64,000 bases of DNA, taken from contig RDEW01000010.1 in the NCBI GenBank assembly GCA_011109175.1, forward strand, positions 248,001 through 312,000, written 5' to 3'. The translations under genes and the position numbers were made by a program. The number at the start of each line of letters is the position of its first letter. Position 1 is the stretch's first letter. Positions 12,920-26,396 of the stretch are shown piece by piece. The stretch comes from Dicyema japonicum. Its lineage: Eukaryota > Animalia > Dicyemida. The notes below the pieces were generated by a model. It had not been told where the DNA came from. It made no database searches and was given only the letters and a program-made list of their open reading frames with translations.

Positions 12920-13795
12920 CGCGAACGAGTTCCCTCGAAGTATGGTCATTCCAATCTTTTGTTCTAACCCTAACCCTTCTCGTTATTGAAGGAATACTGC
13001 ATGATTTATCCCCCGCTTTATTCAATTTATACCTGGTCGACCTCCCGACACCGGAATCCAATAACGATGTTCTAATCTCATATGCGGACGACATTGTTTT
13101 GGCCTCGCGTGATCGGGATATCCAAAATGCTACAGAAAGATTAAAAATTAACCTGGACCGACTCAACGTCTGGGTAATGAAGAACCGACTCACGGTAAAT
13201 TCCAGAAAGTCGGTCACTTCTATGTTTACTTAGGACAAAAGAAGACTGTCACCTTAAAATTGGACAACGTTGAAATCCCCTCAGCAAATGTCAGAAGATC
13301 CTGGGCGTGACACTGGATACGCACTTATGTTTGTCACCACACGTGGCAAACATTGTTCTGAAGTGCGAGAAGAAAATCAATGTATTGAAATGTTTATTTG
13401 GAAAATGGAAGACCGTACCCACCCAGTCTTGATGAATATCTACAAACAATACATTGAACCATGCTTCTCGTACGCGTGTGCTTCGTGGGGACCTTCATTA
13501 TCACAGACGAACACTAAGAAAATCGAGGACGTTCAAAAGAAGGCTTTCAGAATGACGGTGCGGTGGTCTTGTGGGAGACACAGAACCGGACCGACTACTC
13601 TGGAGGCCCTCATAAAACTAAACTCCGGCATGCGGGAAGGTAACCCTGCAAATACAGTCAGCCGCCCAGTACGAGCTTGTGTGGGCACGAGGGAGGAGCA
13701 TCGGGAAAGGAAGAGGATTTTGGTGGAACGCATCGGGATCACTTGATAGTTAGTTTGGTTTTACCATGGTCTTGGGTATTAAATAAATAAAATAA
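12920..13795 (+). mobile_element. 5'-truncated Ingi/Vingi-like LINE copy
   Basis: SYADD at ~13078; C-terminus RACVGTREEHRERKRILVERIGIT*; A-rich tail. Confidence 0.8.
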
Positions 13796-13869
13796 TCTTT
13801 TGTCTCAGCCAAAACCTTTTTCGTTGATCCCTTTTCTTTCTGGCAGACATTCCTCCGAGTTCGTGCAAG

Positions 13870-14385
13870 TTTAATTTGATTAACTTGGAGTCCTGGATTA
13901 ATCTTCACAACGAGGAAGATTTCTTCTCGTATATCGGGCAAGGGTCCAAATAAAGTTCGATGTCCGACCCGAGGGGATGATCAGGGAACTTTGCCATCTT
14001 GAGGAGGGACCGGTGGCGTTCCGTAAGGTATTCATGTTTAAGGGGACGTTTAGTTTTTCTTTTATCCTCGAGAATTCCAATTTTCTTTTGGATTCTCGCG
14101 ATTACCAGGTCCACTTGATGAATGAATGAAAGGAGAGGATCCACTATGACTCTAAGGATTGAAAGGGTCTTCTTAATTGGGATTGGGGAATCATACAATT
14201 TTATTTTTGGCGTTGCCCGTATTTCTTTTTATGATGAGGTAAACGTCGTTACATGTGACTTTGTTGGTGATATATTTAGATGGTTCTTTAAAAACCAACG
14301 ATCCACCAGGTTTATTATCTCTTGCATGGACCGTGTCGCCTCCTCGACTTTTCGATGTTTCACTGCAATCACGAGATCATCCGTA
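13870..14385 (-). mobile_element. Ingi/Vingi-like LINE RT fragment
   Basis: YTDDLVIAV and LSILRVIVDPLLSF (RT thumb region). Confidence 0.6.
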
Positions 14386-14709
14386 TACAGATATAAAAGA
14401 ATTATTATAGGAAATCAAGGTTACACCGCGTATTATTAGGAATTAATATTTGGAAGTCATAAAATACATTTATTTTTAATTAATTACTGCCGAAGAGGAA
14501 TAAATATCCTTGCAAAGCCAAAAGATATTTTCGTCTACTACATCTCTGTTGAGATCTAAGTTTTAATCTTAGCGCGCTGCGGTTCATTGAGGAGGTTAGA
14601 TGTTTGGCTGGAACAAGGAAATAAAAACTGGGAATGGATAATGACTCTTCCAAATCATTAATCTTCTGGTTTGCTCCTAACTCTTAATCTATCTTGGATA
14701 TTATTATTA

Positions 14710-15545
14710 ACCCAAAAACACAAATAGTTAATCTCTTGAAATTAATTAGGTGATCCCGACAATCCTGATGTGCTTTCTCAGATTCTCCCGATGTTTGACT
14801 TTTGACCCAACACAGTCACGGTACGGGCGGGGGACAGTGTTCGTGAGAAAACCAACTGGGGTGATGTGCTTCTGGAAACTGCTTGACACAGGATGTCGAC
14901 GACAGGTCCTGCTGGAGGGTTAAGAAACTCTTGCCGTTTTGCATGATTAGGTGGTCAAAGGGACTGGGTAGAATATTGTTCAGCTTTGCGATGTGCATTA
15001 TGGTAGTCGCAGCTCGAGATATGGTGTTATCAACTATAAAACGGTTGGTCCATGAGAGATTAATTCTCAATGCTGCACAGGCATAACTGATAGTCGGCTC
15101 GATGAATTGCTTATAGAGAATACCGAGAGCAGGGAATGGCTTTTTTATTCAAACAAATATGGTTTTGATTAAACCAATTTTCCTCTGACAAGTTCTAATG
15201 GTCTTCTCAATATGGGCAGAAAAACACATGTGGGTATCAAAAGTGACCCCCAGAATTTTAAGGTTCTTCGTAAAAAGGATTTTGTCGTTGTCCAGGAATA
15301 GATCCACAGTACATCTTCCGAGCCTTTTGTTCGAAGTAAATAGAGTGGTGGAGGATTTTCCGGGAGATATGTTCATCCGGTTTTGGTGTAACCAAGTTTG
15401 AATTTGTAACAAAAGTTCTTGTACATTTTTTGTAGCATTTGTGAGGTCTTGATCACGTGAAATAATGAGTAGGTCATCAGCATAAGCGAGAATTATCGAG
15501 TCTTCCATAACTGGGTTGGGAATGTCAGAAAGGTATAAGTTGATA
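14710..15545 (-). mobile_element. 5'-truncated Ingi/Vingi-like LINE copy
   Basis: AYADDLLII, KILGVTFDTHMCFSAH; GIT-stop end near 14748. Confidence 0.8.
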
Positions 15546-15789
15546 CCGGCATTTTATAGAATAAAATACAAAATTTGGTGGTTTAATAATATAAATAGGA
15601 ATTTGAATTATATCAGATAGCATTAATCTCGTCTTCATTTCATTAGTTGCACAATATTGGTCAGAATCAGAAAAATATTTTTATATAGAAAAATCTCTTT
15701 TTTTGATCTAAAAAATATTTTTAATAGAAACGTCCCACTCCGATTGGATGTGCTAAATAAAAGCTATTAAGATTCGAATAACAATTCTG

Positions 15790-16150
15790 TTGATCTCCTT
15801 ATATCTTGGGAATCGCTTCTTTGACAAGAAAGGGCATGATGTCCATAACGGTCTACGAAACCACCGTACTGGTAATTCATGCAAATCTTCCAAGTCTGAT
15901 AGAGATACCTATTGTCGTCAAGATGGGTCCCGACGCTTCCGATTGGAATGGCATTATTTCAAGCGCCACTCCATTCGCATCTTCCAGTGACTAGAAAGGT
16001 GTATCGGTGTTGGTTTGATTGGTTCAGAAGCCTCTCAAATAGATTTTAAGTTCAAGTATCTTACTCTTGATTCCATTTGCATTCAGTTGAACGATCCTAG
16101 CTGGTCCAGGATTTGACTCGATTCTCTACATCACCATAGATCTTGCTTGT
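15790..16150 (-). mobile_element. Old CRE-like RLE retrotransposon fragment
   Basis: Minus-strand translation SGA*NNAIPIGSVGTHLDD...GGFVDRYGHHALSC parallels the element at 34205-35535. Confidence 0.6.
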
Positions 16151-16389
16151 AGATCCATCTCATTACATGGATAGGGAAAGTTTTCTTACAAATGACACCA
16201 ATCATTATATTTTCTTATTAAATCAGATTATTCTTGAGGTTATTTATTATTATTTATTTTATGGAAGATTTAAATAATTTTTTGTCGGCATACCATACTT
16301 ACCGCAAATAAAATATGATCCACGATAGCAAAATTTTGTCTTTTGCTTGTTATCACATTTGTTTGTGAAAGATCAAAATGAATATAATT

Positions 16390-17140
16390 TGTTGAGATCT
16401 TTACTTGATAATGAAAATGTCGATCGTACCAAGTATAGGAAGTATCGACTCAAAAAGAAAGCGGAAAATTTCATAATTAATGAGGGGAAATTATATCTTA
16501 GGATGTAAACTGGCTACACAAGCTCGTAATTGTTTCAACGAATATAGAAGAAATGAAAATAATTGCTCGGGAGATTCATCTTAGTAGGAGAAGATTTTTT
16601 ATAATAAAAATATCATTCGACAAGTTGTTAGAAAATGCAATTTTTGCCAATTCTCAGTACCACTAAAACAATATAATGATTCAACTCATATTGTTGCCGA
16701 AGCACCTAATGAGAGATTTAATGTAGACCTGATTTGATCTTAAATGTCTGAAAGTTTATTTTATTATATAGATTTAAAGATCGACATAATCATTTTTCTT
16801 GGATGCTTTCAGTTGTTGATGTTTATTCCAAATATGATTTTACGAAAAATCTTATGATAAAAGTGGAAATGAAGTGCCCATAAACTAGAAGAAATTTTTA
16901 TGGAAACGGCCATGTGTATATTTACAATCGGAAAATGGTACAGAGTTCAAGAATTGTCATATGATAAAGTTATGCAAAGGATTAAATGTGACGCAAATAC
17001 GCTGAAGATTCAACAATACCCAAAGTCAAGGGATTGTGGAGAGATTTAAACAAACGATCACAAGAAGTTTATCGAAATTGATGAGTTTGGATAATAAAAA
17101 GGAGTGGGTGAGATACATTCCAAAGGGTGTTTTTTGTATT
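16390..17140 (+). mobile_element. Decayed rve/DDE integrase (Gypsy/Ginger-like)
   Basis: Fragments PNERFNVDLI, VVDVYSKY, LQSENGTEFKN and PQSQGIVERF; no intact ORF. Confidence 0.7.
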
Positions 17141-17555
17141 CAAATATATTTAGGATGAATTTGAGTTTGAATTTTACTTTAGTTCCTTCTAATACTAGTA
17201 AACAATTAAGTTATTAACCCAAGGTTAACACTTAAGTAGGCGAATATTTGGAAACACTTTTCAAAAATCAAGTACGTATATGCTGAATCCAGGTGATCCA
17301 GAGCAAGTAAAAAAATACGAACTTATCTGTAAGATTATGATATTGTAGATTATGATATTTGCTCACTCTGGTGGTCTCTGGGATCAACTCTAATGAGTAG
17401 AGGTAGTCGATGGTTTGGTACTTTATTCTCTTCAATGCTTAGAATGGGAAGGATCAACTAAAAGTCGTGAATTCTTTTTCTCCAAGTTAAGTTTTTGTTA
17501 CGGAAAAATCAATTAAAATATTAAGATTAGTAAAATCAAGATTAGTAAAATCAGG

Positions 17556-18602
17556 TTATTGAGTGAAAAAATCTAGACCATCCTGGATTTCAGCTTTAAG
17601 GTGTGGTAAAGCTTCGTCAACCATTTTTTGTTGCTGTTGATTCAAATCTGGCAAAAACACTGAATGGATTCCTTCGGGTCCAAATTCAACAGGGGAGGCG
17701 AAATATGAACACGAAGTAACATCTGATTTCACATATGCGCATTCAATTACACCTTTCTCGCCAGAGAGTCCACGAAGGATTGCCTTGAGGGTCTTAAATG
17801 CGGCCAAAGCTGTTGAAAGAGTCGCAGATCCCTTAAAAGTTTAACAAAAGCAACAACTATCCGATTTTTGGCTTCTATAACAACCATACCAGCATCTCGG
17901 ATTTTTAAGCAGAGTTCATTGATTTCATCGGTACTCATTGACGAGTTATTGATTAAAGGTACAATGGTGTTTTCTGAATGTCCACAAATACATATCCCTT
18001 CGATGTCCTTAGGATCACATCCCTAGAGGTCTTTGTTTAATAAATACAATTTTCCAGGCCATGAAAGTAGATGCTCTGAGGACATCAAGACTAGTGATTC
18101 CAATGACCCGTTTGAAGCATCAATCCCTTTATTTGATAGCGCAGTAACCGCAAGGGTACCAATGAGTTGACCTACAATAACTACATGTTGGTACTGGATT
18201 GCTTAAAATAGCTACAATGGCCTGAGGGCAATGCTGTCCTATTTCTTCAATGAGACTTTTGATTATGCTTGAATTTTTCGATAAAAAATCTTTTCTTGAA
18301 TTAACTAAAATCAAACTAAAACACTAACTTTTACTTGACATAATTCCTGCACAGATTATAACAGCATGTACTCCTGTTAGAGCTTCTTTGAGTTTATCAG
18401 ACTTGAAGCTTTTTATCACAATTTTATTTGGAATATGGGACAAGTCCTCTTTAACTCCAATAGGATCTTTCATATCATAAAGGTTGATTTGTCCAATCAA
18501 ATCCATATGTGTTTTTAATAACAGACATAGAGGCTGACCAATTCCTCCACAAGCTCCGAGAACTGCAACAGTATAGACTTAAGTTGAATTACGCTTTACC
18601 AT
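17556..18602 (-). pseudogene. Malate-dehydrogenase-family copy 1 (frameshifted as assembled)
   Basis: Same five-intron structure as 24547-25598, but with three single-base exonic deletions (~18576, ~18151, ~18110). Could be assembly error. Confidence 0.7.
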
Positions 18603-20039
18603 TTAATATTTTTATGTTAATTGTATGAAAATATTCAACAGTTTACAGAATTTTATTATTTATTATGTTAGCCGATGTAAAAAATTAATTTTAATTAATT
18701 AAATAATTTTATTAAAAATATCGAAAATTGTTGTTCACATAATAGCACTATATATTATTTACTTTGTCAAGAAAAAATTGTACTAACATAATTTTAAATC
18801 CAATTTACGTCAATAAGATACTCGATAATATCTAATCTTAATTAAATTTTCAAAACATTAATTTACTTAAGTGTTTACATCAGTGATTTAGCATTCTACA
18901 TTTCATTCCAAATGACAAACTGATAATTTTTTGAGAGAAAATGATTTTTAGTTTTTAAAAAAATTACGACGTCCTATTTCCATTATCCCTTTTGCATTTT
19001 TAGGCCTCGAACGCTGAGTGAAAAAGAAAACTTTTTAAGAACTTCATCAATGAAGACCAAGAAAATTTTGAAATGGGACCTTAGTTGACATATTTTTATT
19101 GGTTCTGTTAAAGTGTTTTTTAATAGTTTCTGTAAAAGTTAAGCCTACAATTTATGATAAGAATTCAAAGTTTATTGACTTTTTACTTATAATAGTAATG
19201 CTTTTCTTTGAAATGCCTAAGCGGATTTGGAAAAAAGAATGGGGTATTTCTCTTTAAGGTGCCTTTAAAGAATTGTCCGATGTAGGAAGAGAATCAAGTA
19301 ACAGATTACGACACAGCAAATGAATTGTATTGGTAGATGCACAAAAAATTCAATTTTGCTTGTGTAACTCCAAAATGATCAGTAACTAAAAAATTAGCGT
19401 ATACAGTCAGACCCCGAATTGGGGCAGACCCCAGGGGTGGGGCAACCTCGGATTTTGGGGCATTTTTTTGGCCAACATTATGGCAGAGTAAAATGGAAAA
19501 TCGATAAAAAATTTTGAAATTTTGGGGCACTATAAAATTGTGGGGAATGAAATTATAAGTAAATAAAATTATAGGTATACGACAAATATAACTGGAGATA
19601 GAGAGTCTCTTGAGGTATTTCAACTGTTGTCCTGAAATGCTTCAATGTTGTGTTCCCAACTTGTACAGTTAATTCAGTGTTAGATAATAGGAAACGGACA
19701 AGTCTTGTGTTATCCTCATCAAGGAAACTCCCAGTGACGTCCAACAATGTTTTTCTTTTGACAGTATCAAACGCACAGGACATGTAGGGACTCATTTAAT
19801 CTATTAAAAATGAAAAAATCTTGTTTTGGAATGTTTATGCTTCATTGACAAATATTTCGAAAGCTTCGCAGGAGCAAAAAAGGATTTTGTCATTTTCTGA
19901 TTGCATATTACGCATTCTGCCATTTCCAATATACAGTAGAGTAAATAATTCATGGCAACCCTACGTAATATGTGATTATTATTATCTTTCTTCAAAAAGA
20001 ATCTTTCCTATTATTTTAAAAGTTTTTTTTATTTTTTTT

Positions 20040-20170
20040 TTTTATTTTTTTTTTTTTAATGAACAAAAATTTATTACAATAAAATATTATTTATTAACTA
20101 TGAGGGAGAGCGGCTGCTGACATCACGGAGTAAGCGTTTCCGCGAATAACAGCGATACCAATTCTTTGCC
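20040..20170 (-). mobile_element. Very short 3' end of the CRE-like element with poly(A) tail
   Basis: Near-identical to 34205-34330; present only in the left arm of the inverted duplication. Confidence 0.8.
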
Positions 20171-20859
20171 TTTTTTTATTTAAAATAAAACGATTTATCT
20201 TAATTGAGCAAATTAGTTATGAGATTTTTTATTTTTTAATTTTTACCCATTTATAATGTTTAAGTCAAATTTATTGTTGAAAAATTCATGGCAACGTTAA
20301 GTAAAATGACACTAATATTTTGTGGCAGACACTCGTTAAGAATCACTGCTTTTAAACGATTTTTATAATTTATAATTAACTTTTATGTGTCTTTGAAGAT
20401 ATATTATACCAATCTTCTATGAAAATTGCTTGTAAATCAGAAATATTCGTATTCAAAATTAGTCTTCAATTTTTCATTTATTTTATATAGGATTGAGGTT
20501 TTGTTTTAGCATTTCCATATGAGAGATAACTTTATGATTATTTATTTATATTATAATTGTTATTTATTTAGAACACGAATAAGACAGAAAAAAACGTTAG
20601 ACATTTAGGTACTCCTAGTTCATGTAATCAAACAAGTCATCTAATGTATGTGGTCTCCCATTGTTCCCATTACCGTAAGAAAGATCCTTCTCTCATCCCT
20701 GTAGAGGAATCCAATTGGGGAGGGGAACCTAGTTAGGCGGAAACCACACTTATTATTATTAATAGCACTTTCGAAGAACAAAAAAAGTAATTTATTTAAT
20801 TAAGGTTCCGCTTTGCCGTATTTTTCTTCAGGTTATTCTTTCTCCCACAATTCTCTTAA

Positions 20860-22690
20860 CTAACTTGGGTTCTGACAATACAATTGAACATATTGCCATC
20901 AAAATTAATCTATTGCCTTCTTTTTGGATTAAATTGATTACTTTATACATTCCACCAAAAAGATTCTGCCCAACATCCTATATTCCAAATTTACCCGTCT
21001 CTCAGCACTAAAGAAAGTTATAATATGCGAATACCTCAATGTCCGACATCCCGTTTGGCATGATTCACAGTTCACTGACAGCCGTTGAGTACATCGCCAA
21101 TTGTCTTATTGATTTGATTATCATGAATGACCATAACCACTTATGAAACATTAAGCTGAACACATGGATTTCAAATTAAGTGTCCATCAACCGAATAAGT
21201 AACCTTAGTAAGAACTATTCTCAGACAAGCAGGTCTCAGCAGTTATTACCGGATTAAAGAACTCACGGGCCTCCGATCCTGACAAAGAATCTTCGATTCA
21301 CCAAAAGTCACTATGCAATTGGCTGCCACACACAAATATTTAACCTTTCTATTAACTAAAATATTAATCTCAAGATTTGGAAGAACTCTGTTATCAAGCC
21401 AGTTTTGAAAACTGGAAAACTGAAGGGAGAACTTGGTTCATACAAGACGATCCCCTTAACCAGCACAATATCAAAACTTGAATAACTGGTACTATCGGCC
21501 ATTATTCCAGACCTTCGTCAAACTCCATTCCAACACGGTTTTAGTGCTGGAAATTCCATTGTCTCTTATTTAACCACACTATTCCAATACATTGTCGATG
21601 GATTTAATGCAACCCCACCACAAATGCAAACTAAAATGGTCTCCATCGACATAAAAAAAGGCTTTCGACTGATGAAGCTTCTCATTAGAAAGATTTTGAT
21701 TCAAAAGTTCGTTCAAAGCTAAAACTGTGGTTGGCTAACTTTCTCTATGGACGACGTGGAAGAGTCGTCTGCGGGCATGTAAGATCAAGATTACTACCTA
21801 ACAGAGTACCTCAATATTCTCTGCTTTCTCCTGTTGTTTCAATCTTTTCCTCAACGACCTACCAATATATGGGGGCAAAAATCTTTTGTTATTATCTTAC
21901 TCAGACGACTTAATAATTGCAACACGCAAGTTGCAACAGCTAATACCAAGGCGAGTGAACACAGTCTACGATTGGTTGACAGTCAACCAACTAACTATTT
22001 CTGCCGACAAGTCAAGATGTACGTTTTTCACCTCAGACCGTCGTTCAAAAGAAGATGCAAGAAAATTCATTGATCTTTTCCAGATACCAGTAACTATGTC
22101 TCCCTCAATTCTTAAATTATTGTTTGAGAGGCTGTTGAATTTCAACTCTTAAGCGAAGAAAGTCCTCACTAATGGCCTGTATAGAAGTTGTAAGTTGTAC
22201 GCGCAATTGTCCGGAGGATTATTTTGAATTTAGATGCGTCTGTTGCAACACTCTACGAATAACTATCGCCCTGGCAGTGAAGTATGCCTCTATTGTTTAG
22301 AGATTCCGTTATCAGAGACCACGCTGCACAAACTCAGTTCAATATACCGAAAAACTATTATATGATGGGCCCACATACTAGATCAATGGTTAATCCCTTA
22401 CTCACAGAAGCTACGACCCGTAATCGCAAATCTGGATTCCTTCGGGTCTGTAAAGAAGATGGAAATCCGATTGGCCTGTTCTTTTCCAAGGCAAAAAAAA
22501 GTAGATTGGTTAATTAATTCCCCTCCTCAATTGGATTTCTCTACAGGGATGAGAGAAGGATCTTTCTTACGGTAATGGGAACAATGAGAGACCACATACA
22601 TTAGATGGCTGGATTGATTACATGAACTTGGATTACCTAAATGTCTAACGTTTTTTTCTGTCTTTTTCGGGGTCTAAATAAATAACAAAT
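20860..22690 (+). mobile_element. Heavily decayed Ingi/Vingi-like LINE forming the spacer of the inverted duplication
   Basis: APE remnants, PVLKTGK..SYKTIPL, QHGF, WLANFLYGRRGRV, SYSDD; 3' end runs into the right arm. Confidence 0.75.
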
Positions 22691-25600
22691 ATAAATAAAT
22701 TGAAAATTGTACTTATAAATAATAATCAATAGAATCGAAAAAATCATGAAAGTTATCTCTAATATGGATGTGATAGAAACAAAACCTCAATCCTATATAA
22801 AATAAATGGAAAATTTAAAGACTAATTTTGAATACGAATATTTCTGATTTACAAGCAATTTTCATAGAAGAATGGTATAATATATCTTCAAAAGACACAT
22901 AAAAGTTAATTATAAATTATAAAAATCGTTTAAAAGCAGTGATTCTTAACGAGTGTCTGCCACAAAATATTAGTGTCATTTTACTTAACGTTGCCATGAA
23001 TTTTTTAAACAATAAATTTAACTTAAACATTATAAATGGGTAAAAATTAAAAAATAAAGAATCTCATAACTAATTTGCTCAATTAAGATAAATCGTTTTA
23101 TTTTAAATAAAAAAAACTTTTAAAATAATAGGAAAGATTCTTTTTGAAGAAAGATAATAATAATCACATATTACGTAGGGTGCCATGAATTATTTACTCT
23201 ACTGTATATTGGAAATGGCAGAATGCGTAATATGCAATCAAAAAATGACAAAATCCTCTTTTGCTCCTGCGAAGCTTTCGAAATATTTGTCAATGAAGCA
23301 TAAACATTCCAAAACAAGATTTTTTCATTTTTAATAAATTAAATGAGTCCCTACATGTCCTGTGCGTTTGATACTGTCAAAAGAAAAACATTGTTGGACG
23401 TCACTGGGAGTTTCCTTGATGAGGATAACACAAGAATATGACTATACAACTCATATATAAAGCCGGTGCTTATGTGCAACTCGGGTATATGGGGGAGTCA
23501 CAGAGCTAGAGCTCAAGAAAATGGATATATTTCATCAAAAACAATTATGCAATTTAATGGGCCTGGGTTGACCCAAGAAGATTTTAAACAAGAAATTATA
23601 CTCTGTGACATAATCGAGGCCAATAAGCATCGACATTATTGAATGGTAAAACCAACAAGAGACTTGGTAAAAAAATTTTATTGAATCATATCTTCGTGAT
23701 TCTAAGAACTCATTATCGATATATACGCTAATTTTTTAGTTACTGATCATTTTGGAGTTACACAATCAAAATTGAATTTTTTGTGCATCTACCTATACAA
23801 TTCATTTCCTGTGTCGTAATCTGTTACTTGATTCTCTACCTACATCGGACAATTCTTTCAAGGCTACCTTAGGAAGAGAAATACCCTCATTCCCTTTTCC
23901 AAATCAGTTTCAGGCATTTCAAAGAAAAGCATTCCTTTTCTAAGTAAAAATTCAATGAACTTTGAATTTTTACATAATTGTAGGCTTAATTTTTACAAAA
24001 AATATTAAAAAACATTTTAACAGAACTAATGAAAGTTACGTTAACTAAGGTCCCATTTCAAAGTTTTCTTGGTATTCATTGATGACGTGGTTATTAAAAA
24101 GTATTTCTTTTTCACTCAGCGTTCGAGGTCTTAAAAATTCAAAAAGGATGATGAGGAACTAGGACGTCGTAATTTTTTTAAGAAATGAAAATCATATTTT
24201 CTCTACAAAAAAGTTATCAAGTTTGTCATTAGGAATGAAATATAGAATACAAAATCACTGATGTAAAACACTTGAGTAAATTAATGTATCTAGAAAATTT
24301 AATTAAGGATTTAGATTATTAACGAGTATCCCATTGACGTAAATTGAATTTAAAATTATGTTAGTAACAATTTTTTCTTGACTAAGTAAATAATCTATAC
24401 TACTATTATGTGAACACCAATTTTCGATATTTTTAATAAAATTATTTAATTAATTAAAATTAATTTTTTACATCGGCTAACATAATAAAGTAATAAAATT
24501 CTGTAAACTGTTGAATATTTTCATACAATTAACATAAAAATATTAAATGGTAAAAAGCGTAATTCAACTTAAGTCCTATACTGTCGCAGTTCTCGGAGCT
24601 TGTGGAGGAATTGGTCAGCCTCTATGTCTTTTATTAAAAACACATATGGATATGATTGGACAAATCAACCTATATGATATGAAAGATCCTATTGGAGTTA
24701 AAGAGGACTTGTCCCATATTCCAAATAAAATTGTGATAAAAAGCTTCAAGTCTGATAAACTCAAAGAAGCTCTAACAGGAGTACATGCTGTTATAATCTG
24801 TGCAGGAATTATGTCAAGTAAAAGTTAGTGTTTTAGTTTGATTTTAGTTGATTCTAGAAAAGATTTTTTATCGAAAAATTCAAGCATAATCAAAAGTCTC
24901 ATTGAAGAAATAGGACAGCATTGCCCTCAGGCCATTGTAGCAATTTTAAGCAATCCAGTAACAACATGTAGTTATTGTAGGTCAACTCATTGGTACCCTT
25001 AGCGGTTACTGCGCTATCAAATAAAGGAATTGATGCCTCAAAGCGGGTCGTTGGAATCACTAGTCTTGATGTCCTCAGAGCATCGACTTTCATGGCCTGG
25101 AAAATTGTATTTATTAAACAAAGACCTCTAGGGATGTGATCCTAAGGACATCGAAGGGATATGTATTTGTGGACATTCAGAAAACACCATTGTACCTTTA
25201 ATCAATAACTCGTCAATGAGTACCGATGAAATCAATGAACTCTGCTTAAAAATCCGAGATGCTGGTTCGGTTGTTATAGAAGCCAAAAATCGGATAGTTG
25301 TTGCTTTTATTAAACTTTTAAGGGATCTGCGACTCTTTCAACAGCTTTGGCCGCATTTAAGACCCTCAAGGCAATCCTTCGTGGACTCTCTGGCGAGAAA
25401 GGTGTAATTGAATGCGCATATGTGAAATCAGATGTTACTTCGTGTTCATTTTTCGCCTCCCCTGTTGAATTTGGACCCGAAGGAATCCATTCAGTGTTTT
25501 TGCCAGATTTGAATCAACAGCAACAAAAAATGGTTGACGAAGCTTTACCACACCTTAAAGCTGAAATCCAGGCTGGTCTAGATTCTTTCTCTCAATAACC

Positions 25601-26007
25601 TTGATTTTACTAATCTTCTTTTCTTACTTTTCGGTTTTTTAAATTAATCAAACATTAATATTTTAATTGATTTTTCTGTCAACAAAAACTTAACTTGGAG
25701 AAAAAAAATTCACGACTTTTAGTTGATCCTTCCCATTCTAAGCATTGAAGAGAATAAAGTACCAAACCATCGACTACCTCTACTCACTAGAGTTGATCCC
25801 ATAGACCATCAGAGTGAGCTACAAATATCATAATCTTACAGCTGAAGATAAGTTCGTAATTTTTTACTTGCTCTGGATACCAAGATTCAGCATATACGTA
25901 CTTGATTTTTGAAACGTGTTTCCTAATATTCGCCTACTTAAGTGTTAATTTTTTCGTTAATAACTTAATAGTTTAACTAGTATTAGAGGGAACTAAAGGT
26001 AAATTCG
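22518..26007. repeat. Right arm of ~3.5-kb inverted segmental duplication
   Basis: Reverse complement of 17168-20728. Confidence 0.92.
24547..25598 (+). CDS. Malate dehydrogenase family protein (MDH2/bacterial type), intact copy
   Basis: VAVLGACGGIGQPL, SNPVN, GITSLDVLRA, GHS, GSATLS. Introns of 24 (possible), 24, 23, 25 and 26 nt restore one open frame to TAA at 25598. Confidence 0.93.
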
Positions 26008-26396
26008 AGGATATTATTCTGTTCATATATACGTGGACCAAAAATGTACCTTCACTTAAAACGCCATTATAGTAAAATAATAAAATACTATGTGAGTAAA
26101 ACTTCAAATGGTCCTTCAATACTTTATTTGATTGGTCAGTGTATATGCGTAATATTATGTCGCGATCCCACTGCGAGCCATAGCGCTACGCACGACCAGT
26201 CAATTTATTTATTATTATTTATTAAAACCAAAAATCACCCACAAATTTAATAACTAAGAGCCGTCAAGTGACTCGAATAGCCATCTCATTTTTGCTCGGT
26301 GTTCCTCCCGGTTTCCAACGCATTCCTGATTGAGCGTGGGTTTCTTACTTTTTAGGGTGGTAGTAAGGCTCCGGTTTTCCTCACTAATTCCTCAAA

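Larger units (their letters stand above)
17168..20728. repeat. Left arm of ~3.5-kb inverted segmental duplication
   Basis: Reverse complement of 22518-26007 (MDH gene plus both flanks), with scattered substitutions and arm-specific indels. Confidence 0.92.
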
